Source of the DNA: Octopus sinensis
Lineage: Eukaryota
Assembly (NCBI RefSeq): GCF_006345805.1
Contig: NC_043014.1
Location: 44,764,001 to 44,828,000 of the forward strand
Reading direction: 5' to 3'
DNA: 64,000 nucleotides
The translations under genes were made by a program, and so were the position numbers. Positions 47,501-59,500 of this stretch are shown piece by piece (position 1 is the stretch's first letter; every line of letters begins with the position of its first letter). Under the pieces are notes generated by a model that saw only the letters and a program-made list of their open reading frames with translations, had not been told where the DNA came from and searched no databases.

Positions 47501-48935
47501 TGCACTTTCATTGGATACGCACTGATCCGTCACTTGTTTTCTACGTGGTATTACTGTATCTCCTCCGGAGGTAGCTGAACTCTCCTTAGACACAAATTGA
47601 TCGTCTACTTGCTTTTTATGTGGGATTACTACCTCTCCTCCAGAGGTAGTCGAGCTTTCTTTGGATACAGACTGATCCTCCACCTGTTTTTTGTGGGGGA
47701 TTATCGTATCTCCTCCGGAGGTAGTTGAGCTCTCCTTAGATACAGACTGATCCTCCACCTGTTTTTTATGCGGAATTATTACATCTCCTCCAGACATAGG
47801 AGCACTCTCTTTAGATACAGACTGATCCTCCACCTGTTTTTTGTGTGGGATTATCGTATCTCCTCCGGAGGTAGGAGCACTCTCTTTAGATATAGACTGA
47901 TTCTCCACCTGTTTCCTATGTAAAGTCACCTGATCAACTTCAGGGGTAGCAGAACTCTCCTTGGTGATTGAATGGCCTTCAACTTGCTTTCTATGGGAAA
48001 CCAGTGGCTGTTCTTCGGGCGGAGAAATAGGCTTGCTTGCTGTCGGAGTTTGTTGATCAACAGATTTGATTCCGGAATCTGTATTCGTTGAGTCTGTTTT
48101 CCGTTTCACTGTTTTAAAGCTATTGGGATAGATCAACTGGTCCCCAGCTTCAGGCTTTTGAGGAAATTGGACACCAGCTGTCTTTTGTTTAGTGACTGTG
48201 TCACCAGACTCACCAGAACCAAGGGGAATATCTGCAAATACAATAATATATATAAATACACACAATGTATACATGTATTTACGTAAATATACATACATAC
48301 ATAAACTGCAAGGACATGCCCTCCAACTCAAATTAAAACTTTAGATATTAATTTTTACATATAAAATTAAATGACTTTTTTTTAAAGTCATTAAAAAAGA
48401 TGTTAATTTAATGACTGAAATTCAGAGAAAAGCAAATAATTTCATGTTAAACACTATTTCCCTGTGTTTTTCAATCTGAATACATACACATGTGTGTGTG
48501 TGTCAGTGTGTGTGTATACTAACATATTCATACAAAGGTGTGATGCTTAGAATGGCACTCAATGTCTCCTGGAAGAGTCATACAACAAATGCCGACATAT
48601 CAGGAACTACCAAAAGTAACATTGAAGATACAGCATAGAAGGGTGAGACTAGCTGGACACAACAATGAAACTGCTAACAAGCTAGTGCTCTGGAATCCAA
48701 TGGAAAGAAGATGACCTATATTGACAACTTGCTGGAGAATACTGGTATGGAAGGGATACAGGAGGTGAGGAGCATTATGGAAGATCGAGATGAATGGGGA
48801 AAATGTTTGGAAACAGTCTTGGGGTGCCCAGAGAGACGGCCTAGATAGATAGATAGATGTGTGTGCGTGTGTGTGTGTATTCGTATATATCATGCCTTAT
48901 CATATTTATCTATATCACTATCTCCACACACACAT

Positions 48936-48966
<31 letters not shown>

Positions 48967-49623
48967 CACACAAATAAATGAAAGAATGGAGTTGAACGAC
49001 GAATTAACAAAATTCCTTTATTTTATTTTCGACATATGTTTCGAAGGCTGCATATTCCTAATTTCGAAGGAATAAGGGGTGCATTATGCCGCCTTCTCAT
49101 CAGGAAAAAACAAGGAACTTATGTTAGCATCAAGATGCACAAAAACTTTTAGATGACTGCCCACACGGAGCCCATAGCGATAATGAGTGTTTCTTTAAAA
49201 TATTCCATTATAAGCAGTGACGTCACTGCTTATAATGGAATATTTTAAAGAAACACTCATTATCGCTATGGGCTCCGTGTGGGCAGTCATCTAAAAGTTT
49301 TTGTGCATCTTGATGCTAACATAAGTTCCTTGTTTTTTCCTGATGAGAAGGCGGCATAATGCACCCCTTATTCCTTCGAAATTAGGAATATGCAGCCTTC
49401 GAAACATATGTCGAAAATAAAATAAAGGAATTTTGTTAATTCGTCGTTCAACTCCATTCTTTCATTTATTTGTATTTAAAAAAACACACAAATTTCCACA
49501 CGATAGCACGTGATCTCTGCCCTAGGCATGTAGCTTCAACCGTGTTTTTCTGACGTGAATTTGCTACCCAGGTATCGGTTAACCGAATTATCCATAATAA
49601 GATAATTCATTCAACTACTCAAT

Positions 49624-49661
<38 letters not shown>

Positions 49662-52600
49662 GAGTTGAAACACTTCTGTCACAACCTGGGACCTTGAAGA
49701 CTGCTTTAATGCAAGAAAGTATACTAGTCCCTTAATATTTGATATTCAATATTTCATCTATTCAATAAGACAATCAATACTTCATTTCATTTTCCTATAT
49801 ATATACTATTTATACTATATATACTATATTCTACATTAATATTATAAAGAATATAAATAAAACATAAAAAACAGACATAGATGGAATTCCTTTGAATAAT
49901 ATATATCCCTCTATACACAATCATACAAACCCCTCTTTATTTATGTGTGCGTGTGCGTGCATATATATGACGTATAAAATTTTCTCTAAATTTGTATGTT
50001 GTTAGGAAAAGAGATTTCATCATTTCAAACATAGTCATTCTTTGGAGAAAGAGAAAAGTCTTTTTGTGTCCTTAGTCCATCAAAATGTGGAAGTAAGGAA
50101 GAATTAGTATTTGTAAATGTGTAGGAGGAAAGTAATAGGGCAGAGAGAAAGGAAGAGAAATTAGAAGAGAGCAAGGCTGGGGGGTGAAGAGAGAACATGA
50201 ACAAAAAGGAAGGGGTTTTGGGGTCAGTAGGTTTGTTAACAACTTCGTTCAATAATAATAATATACGCATTCATACACATCTGTACAAATATTTGAAATT
50301 AAACTGCTGCCCCATATATTCTCACAAACACACACGCGTGCATGTATATATATATTTACATACTCTCACTTTTTACTCTTTTACTTGTTTCAGTCATTTG
50401 ACTGCAGCCATGCTGGAGCACCGCCTTTAGTCGAGCGACTCGACCCCACGACTTATTCTTTTGTAAGCCCAGTACTTATTCTATCGGTCTCTTTTGCCGA
50501 ACCGCTAAGTAACGGGGACATAAACACACCAGCATCGGTTGTCAAGCAATGCTAGGGGGACAAACACAGACACACACATGCATATATATATATATATATA
50601 TATACATGACAGGCTTCTTTTCAGTTTCCGTCTACCAAATCCACTCACAAGGCTTTGGTCGGCCCGAGGCTATAGTAGAAGACACTTGCCCAAGGTGTCA
50701 CGCAGAGGGACTGAACCCGAAACCATGTGGTTGGTAAACAAGCTACTTACCACACAGCCACTCCTGCGCCTATATACAACATATATAACATCAAATAGTA
50801 ATCTTGTGATAAACAACAGAGGTGTGAGTGTGTATATGCTTAGTATATATATGTATTTACACACATGAACATATCTATGTATTCATGCATATGAAGCTAC
50901 GCTCATGCATATTTGAGTGCAAACAGGCTGACACAATCTTTGCATCTCTTTATACAAACACAACCATTATATAGGTACACACACACACACATATATACAT
51001 GTACGCTTAACACTGCATAAATGCATAAATATAGGCATTACATTGTTATACAAATCAACAACCTCTCACGTCAATCTATAGACTTTCACTCTTCTAAGAT
51101 GTGATGAAATAAATAACTGTATTTCTAAAAAGATGTGTAACTTTATGTCCTAGTTAGAAATGACTATATTTTAATAGAGTTAAATTATTAACCCTTTCAT
51201 TACCAACCCAGCCGAAACCGCCTCTGGCTCTCTAGTACAAATGTCTTGTTTTCATAAGCTTTGAATTAAAATCTTCCACCAAACCTTAGTCACAATTTAT
51301 GTTCCTAACACTAGTTTAATGATAACTAAGTTATTTTACTAAATTCTTTGTTATATTTAAGATTAATTGAAAGAAACACAGAGCATCTCCAAATAAATAC
51401 AGTAACGAATAGATTAAATATATAATAGAGAAACAATTCTTAACCCTTTTAATACCAACCCAGCTGAAACCACTTCTGGCCCTGTAGTACAAATGTCTTG
51501 TTTTTATAAGTTTTGAATTAAAGTAATTGAAAGAAACACAGAGCATCTCAAAAGAAATACAGTAATGAAAGGGTTAACATGCAGGCTTCAAATATAGAAA
51601 TTAAAAACAAAATGACCTTTTACAACTCCATCTACAGAAGAAATACCCTTTTTGGCCCAAGAAGGTAGTTTCTCTTCAGACAGTACTTTAGCAATGGGAA
51701 GTGACGGAGAATCTTCTTTTTCTTCCTCCCTGTCAGCATCATCAACAATGGTCATTAGGGGTTTGCTGTCACCATGTCTGGCCCAAGATGGAAGATTAGG
51801 GTCAACATCACGAAGTTCCGCTTCCTGGCCTGTACGTGCAGTAGTTAAGGCAGATTTGGCCCACTGTGGGAGATTAGGGTCCAGTTCTTGTGGCAGTATT
51901 GCAATGCCATCTACGTTGTCATCCTACAAATACATCAACAACAAAAATAAACAAAAACCATTCAAGAGTAACTGAAACAGGATCTTTCTTAACCAGTGAA
52001 AATTCCTATCTTAATAGTCTAGAGTAGATGAACTTCTTTTGTCTTAATTATTTTAATGGCTGGTGACAAATATCCTGCACATTGAAAGCTAAGCCAAAAA
52101 TGTTTTGATATAGAAATTGGTAAATTATAGAGAGATCTCCTCGGTGACCAAAGGGCGAATTTACCAGGCCATCGTTTGTACTATCCTCCTCCATGGTTGC
52201 GAAGCATGGCCTATGAGGGTAGCTGATCAGCGAAGGTTGGAGGTGTTCGACAATGACTGTCTCTGCCGCATTCTTCACTGCCGACGCATTGATCGGGTTC
52301 CTACAGCCGGTCTTTGTCATTGCCTGAATCTCCAGCCCCTCCCTTTGGTGCTACTACAGCGGCACTTAAGGTGGTTCGCTCATGCGGCCCGGTGTCCAAA
52401 GGGTGAGCTGATTCGCGATGTCCTCCTACCCCCCACCTCCACCTCCCAACTGGCGCAAACGCATGGGCGGGCAGCTGAAGTCCTGGGCAATGACGATAAA
52501 GGGGGACCTCTCTGAACTCTCAGGTCCACGGGTGGTCGGACTGTGCAGATGGAACCACGAATGGCTCGCTATCTCCAGTGACCTCGCACAGGATCGTCGA

Positions 52601-55600
52601 GCGTGGGATCCCATAGTTCGTGATGCCGTTAAGATCAGAGAAGAAGCAGGCTCAACCCGTCCTGGGTGAACGCCGTCACAAGTACATTTTAGACAACTTC
52701 TTTTAAAGTACAATCTGACATGGATTCCTAGTAATTTCTCCAAATCTATAACAGGATTTGAACACTGCACACCAATCCAATGAAATATTTGTTTTGCAAT
52801 TTCTATATCAAAAGAAATGTTTTTGGCTTAGTTCACAATGTCCAAAGTATTTGTCACTGAGGAGAGACGGAAACTGAAAGACACCTCTCTCTCTGAGTTA
52901 GTATGTGTTAGCGTTTCCTTGACTGGACATTGTGTGGTATTTGTAAACAAATGTCACCATCATATAAATTTTATATTTTTTATGTGCCCTTTTCAAGCCT
53001 AGCCAGGCTCATGGGCCCGGTTTCCCAGTTTTTATGGTGTATGTGTTCCCCACTGCTGGACGGGACTCCAGTCCATTGGAGCATTACTCAAGAAACAGGA
53101 AGAAAGAGTGAGAGAAAGTTGTGGTGAAAGAGTGCAACAGGGGTCGCCACCACCTCCTGCTGGATTCTCATGGAGCTTTTAGGTGTTTTTGTTCAATAAA
53201 CACATACAACGCCCGGTCTGGGAATCGAAACTGCGATCCTCCGACCGCGAGTCCGCTGCCCTAACCACTGGGCCATTGCACCTCTGCATCATATAAGAGG
53301 TGTCCTTCATTTCCAGTCTTCTATGGAAACATGCCCAGCCATGAGAAATACTACCTTACAAGGAAACAGGTGAAGGTTGGAAATGATAAGGGCATCTGGA
53401 CATAGAAAATCTGCCACAAGAAATTCTGGCTGACCCATGCAAGCATGGAAAAGTGGACATTAAAATGACGATGATGAATAATGGTAAATTTTGTACCAAA
53501 GAAATTAATATTTGAAAATGTCTACTTTTACAATTGAATAGTAATTAATAAAAGACTGCTTTGACAAACCTTTGTTCGCTTTGACTTCCATTCTTCCATT
53601 ATAGCTTTCCATTTACGTTCATCTGCCTTCAAAAATTCCGTCCGCTGATCATTCAACCTCGCTCGCCGTACATTCCACAGGGCCTTCTCTTCCCTCAGTG
53701 CAGCCTGTTCACTCAGGTCAGCATAATGACGCTTGATTTTCTCTCTGTAATTAAACAAATTAAAAAAGTGAGAACCAGCTCATGTGTTCGGCTTATTTGA
53801 GGAATTTCTCACGTTATGTTCAAAAATAGGTGCAGGCATGGCTGTGTAGTTAAGAAGCCTGCTGTGGTTTCAGGTTCAATCCCACTGCATGCCTCCTTGG
53901 GCAAGTGTTTTTTACTATAGCTCCAAGCTGAACAATGCCTTGCAAGTAAATTTGATATATGGAAACTAAGTAGAATCCCAATGTGTATGTGTGTCTTCAT
54001 GCCTGTGTTTCTCTCCCCACTACTGGTTAACAACAGGTGCTGGTTAATTTACATCCATGTAATTTAGGAGTTCCGCAAAAGAGGTTGAAGAATAAGTAGC
54101 AGACTTTGAAAAAGAAACAAGAATGGCGGGGTCGGTCTGTTTGAGTAAAACCCTTCAGGATATTGTCCCACAATATCTAATGACTACAATCCAATGACTG
54201 AAACAAGTAAATGGTAAAATAGTTTTTACACCTAGTTGACCTTGAGGAAGGGTTGAATTAGGCCTGAAGCCTGGTGAGATCAAATCCTATCAGTCTAGGA
54301 AGGCCTGGCAAGAGGCACTGCTCTTCTTCCTTTGAAGATAAAACAATATAAACAGAAAAAAAAAGATGGAAAATATAATGCTGAATGAATTAGTTATTTT
54401 TAAAAATATCTTTTCCTTCCTCTCTGTCAGAAAGCACAAGGACTTACACACACACACACACGTACACAAACAATGGAATCTTCAGCCTACCAAATTCAAT
54501 CACAAGGCTTCGGTTGGCCCGAGGCTGTAGCAGAAGACTCTTGCCCAAGATGCGACGCAGTGGGACTGAACCCGAAACCATGTGTTGGGAAACAAGCTTA
54601 CTAAACCACACAGCCAAGCCTTTCTTTTCTATTATTGATTTAGGGAACAATAATGTTGATTATAAGTTTCCAATGGAGCAATCACCGGATCACCACAACA
54701 TCAAATAGCAATAGCTATAAGGTACGCGGCTTGGTATTCAGCTCGTGATTGGAAGGTTGTGAGTTCAATTCCAGTTGGTGTGTTGTGTCCTGGAGCAAGA
54801 CACTTTATTTCACGCTGCTCCAGGCTACTCAGCTGGCAAAATTGAATTGTACCGGTGATTCAAAGCACCAGTCATGTCGCATTCAGTGTCACACTGAATC
54901 TCCCTGAGAACTACATTAAGGGTACACAAGTGTCTGTGGAGTGCTCAATGTTAATTTCACAAGAAGGCTGTTCCATTGATCGGATCAACTGGAACACTCA
55001 TTATAACTCGCAGAATGCCACTTAGTTACAAAAGAACATCTATGCATCTTGTGGAGGTCTGTGGCTTAGTGGTTAGGGTGTTGGACTCATGATCGTAAGC
55101 TTATGGTTTCGATTCCTGGACTGGGGCGATACATCATGTTCTTGAGCAAAACACTTCATTTCACATTGCTCCAGTCCACTCGGCTGGCAAAAATGAGTCA
55201 ACCCGTAACAGACTGTCATCCCGTCCAGGTGGAGAATTTATATGCCACGGAAACCGGGAACCCAGCCCTTGTGAGTTGGGATAACTCGAGAAGACAAGTT
55301 TACCTTTTAGCTATGCATCTTGAGCTGAATAAATAAGTAGAAGGTCGAATTTATACACATATGTGATGGGCTTCAACAGAGTGACTATCTACCAAATGCC
55401 CCTCACAAGGCAATAGTCAACTTGAGACTATGGTGAGATTGAACCCAGAATCATATAATGTAGTATAACAATGTGGGAAGACATGGAGCTAAAGTTTTGG
55501 GTGATTTCCAACTGAGAATTTAGAGACAGTGATTGGCAATAGTAGAGGTAAAGGTAACATCATCGTTCGTTTAACGTCTGTTTTCCATGCTAGCATGGGT

Positions 55601-56213
55601 TGGACGGTTCAACTGGGGTCTGGGAAGCCAGAAGGCTGCGCCAAGCCCAGTCTGATCGGGCAGTGTTTCTACAGCTGGATGCCCTTCCTAATGCCAACCA
55701 CTCCATGAGTGTGATAATAAGTGGTGGTGGTGGTGATTTTTGTTGTGGTAATAATAGTGATGGTAGGGGTGATGGGTGTTGATAACAGAAGAGGTAATCA
55801 CAATGGTGATGGTGATGATAGTGTTGGTGGTTAAGTTGTAATGACAAAGAGGAAGCGGTGGTGAGATAATGGAGGCAATGGCTAACAACAGTGATAACTG
55901 ATGACGATGGTGGTAGCGAAGGGAAAGAGGGCAGGTGGTTGCAATTAAACTCATGCAGAGAACATAGAAACGTTCCACTCACTTGATTTCAGCTTCCATC
56001 TCGGCCTTGGCCTTCATGAGAGACTGTTCTTTTTCGGACAACTCATCAGCTTTCTTCCTCATCTCTTTCTCCTTCAGCTTTCTCTATAAAATATGGAAGA
56101 AAATAAAGGTAATTCCAATCCTACAAAACCTCAGGATATTGACTTTAAACCATGGCTTGGACGGTCACTACATGCCTTCTCTCCCAAACATATCACATAC
56201 ACACACATGCATG

Positions 56214-56278
<65 letters not shown>

Positions 56279-56558
56279 TTTATTTAAAGCAGCAGAAAAT
56301 TCAACAAAACCTGTTACTCTGAGTTTCACGTTCCCATTCGTCGGACAGTTTTTGCTAGAGTATTTGAGTACTCTTTTTTCCACCTTGTTTCACATTTATG
56401 TGTTTACTCCGGTATATATATATATATATACTAATAATAATAATATTAGGGAGTATAACTCCAAACTTACAGGGAAAAATTCAATTTAGTATTAAATCAA
56501 ATTTCACAATATAAATATATAAATATATATACATATATATATATATATGTATATAAAT

Positions 56559-56593
<35 letters not shown>

Positions 56594-59500
56594 TGTGTGT
56601 GTGTGTGTGTGTTAAATAAAATGAGACAACAAAACTCTACTATTTCCCTCTAGTTAACATTCTCATATCGTCTCTGATGAAGGGATATCCCTAATATCCC
56701 AGAAACAACTGTAAGACTACCTTTCTCTTTATAAATGACCTATAAATTCCACACTGCCTTGGTTTTGTTGTCTCATTTTTTAGCTAAATAGAACCAATAA
56801 AATATAGGACTCACAAGCTGAGCTTCTTCCATTTGTTCTTTAAGGAGTTGAAATTCTTTTTTCTTTTTCTCTTGCTGTAATTTCTTTATATTCTCTAATT
56901 CAGCTAAAAATTTAGAAAGAAAAGACAATGATCAATTTTTAGGTCCCACGAATGACAATTTCTTATTTAAAAAAAGTCAACAAACTTACCCAATCAAGGA
57001 AATAACCAAATACTGGGAAGCGTAATAACCCAATAAAGAAAAATGTAATGATCCAACCAGAGAAAGTATAATAACCCATTCAAGGAAAGTAATGAAGGAA
57101 AGCGTAATAACCCAGTCAAGGAAAGCATAATAACCTAATAACCTATTTCTTTACTACCCACAAGGGGCTAAACACAGAGAGGACAAACAAGGACAGACAA
57201 ACGGATTAAGTCGATTATATCGACCCCAGAGCGTAACTGTACTTATTTAATCAACACCGAAAGGATGAAAAGTAAAGTCGACCTCGGCGGAATTTGAACT
57301 CAGAACGTAACAGCAGACGAAATACCTATTCCTTTACTACCCACAAGGGGCTAAACACAGAGAGGACAAACAAGGACAGACGAACGGATTAAGTCAATTA
57401 TATCAACTCCAGTGCATAACTGGTACTTATTTAATTGACACTGAAAGGATGAAAAGCAAAGTCGACCTCGGCGGAATTTGAACTCAGAACATAACGACAG
57501 ACGAAATACCGCTAAGCATTTCGCCCGGCATGCTAACGTTTCTGCCAGCTCGCTGCCTAATAACCATTTTACAGTTATTCACACAATGATTATAATAACA
57601 TTATAAAGTGGTTAAGAAGTTCACTTTGCAATCACGAGGTTCTTAGTTCAACTGCACTACAATGGTATTTTGGGTAAGTGCATTTACCATAGCTTCAGGG
57701 CAAGCCAAGCCTTGTGAGATGGAAACTACATAGAAGCCTGTCAGATGGACTGTGCTCATAATTCATACACCCAGATTTGTTACGCTTGTTTTATACTGAT
57801 TCTGGAAAATTACATTAAAAGTACATGTCTGTGGAATATTCAGCTACTTTGCATGCTAATTCTATGAGTAGGTTGTCCAACTGATTGAGGCTTCTGTGAC
57901 AAATATGATAGTAAAAGTAAGACAAAAGTAACCATGATAGCAAAAGTAAGACAGGCAGCGAGCTGGCGGAAACATTAGCACACTGGGCAAAATGCTTTGT
58001 GGTATTTCGTCTGCTGTTACGTTCTGAGTTCAAATTCCACCAGGGTCGACTTTGCCTTTCATCCTTTCGGAATCGATAATTTAAGTACCAGTTGAGCACT
58101 GGGGTCGATGTAATCGATTTAATCCGTTTGTCTGTCCTTGTACTACAAAAACAAATAGAGGCCTACTAAATACCATACAAGATAAATTCTTGATTCACTG
58201 AACCAAGACTTACCTTTGCTAGTGGTGATTGCAAGTGATTCCACCAAATAAGAAGGAGAAGATAATCACAAGAGACTGACATGCCATTAATGAAGAGGCA
58301 GAGTTTGCTTTTCTGGAAACAAGAGGACAGATGCATGACTCCAGCAAACAAAGGACTTACTCAGATACTAAAAGGGGTAGAGAACATTTATGGTATCAGC
58401 TAATATATGTCACTCACAAAGCTTTGATCAACCGGATTCTGGTGTAGAAGTTACTTGTCCAAGATGCTGTGCAGCGGCACCAAACAACCAGGCATCACAG
58501 AGTTCCAAAGTAAACTTCTCACCTACACAGCTGTACCTGTGTCCATGGTAATCAGATGGATCTGGAAACACTCGGAAAGGGGAGCGAGAAAGGGAATAGA
58601 GAAAAATCTACTTACTGTTAATCCTCTTCAGTTCAGAGGCAGCCATCTCCTGTGCTTTGGCAGCTAAATCTTTCTTCATCTGGATCAACTTTTCCTTGCG
58701 TTCCAGCCTAAAACAACCGGGAACAAAAGGTCAACACCAGGTATGTTGATTTGGAAATCAACTGAATTATATATAATAAGCGATTTGATAAATAAAGGTG
58801 TGTTATATGTGTGTGGGACATAAAAGGCACCATTCGAGTGTTGCCTTACTGGCACTTGTGCCCCGTGCTAGTGGGGCGCTAAGAGCACCATCTGAGTGTG
58901 ATCGTTGCCAGAGCGGCTAACTGGCTTCCATGTCAGTGGCAAGTAAAAGGCACCATTTGAGCGTGATTGTTACCAGTGTCGCCTTACTGGCACTTGTGCT
59001 GGTGGCACATGAAAAAACATTCAAGCGAGGTCATTGCCAGTACCGCCTGACTGACCCCCACGCCGATGGAACGTAAAAGCACCCACTACACTCTCGGAGT
59101 GGTTGGCGTTAGGAAAGGCATCCAGCCGTAGAAACTCTGCCAGATCAATATTGGAGCCTGGTGCAGCCATATGGTTCGCCAGTCCTCAGTCAAATCGTCC
59201 AACCCATGCTAGCTAGCATGGAAAGCGGACGATAAATGACGATGATATATATATATATATATATATATGACTAACTTTATAATATCAAGTTGCCTTGGCT
59301 GCATGATCTGCCAAACTGTATGGTGCATGCATGAGTATGTGTGCATGTATGCATACAGTTCAAAATTGTACGAAAAGCAAAAGAGAGAAACAAGTGAAAG
59401 AACAACAAACAAAGTGCATTAGTTTGGTGCTCAGGAAAAATGGAAGGGTCTTGACGTTTTGGGCCTATGCTCTTCCACAGAAAGAAATGAGGAAAGGAAA

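Noticed and set aside
48232-48331. N-terminal part of the 355-aa ORF 47264-48331
   Set aside because: It is intronic read-through upstream of the ttgcag acceptor; the ORF is an internal TUBGCP6 exon and not a separate gene.
55983-56489. 168-aa + strand ORF
   Set aside because: It is the antisense of a TUBGCP6 exon plus a translated (TA)n tract.
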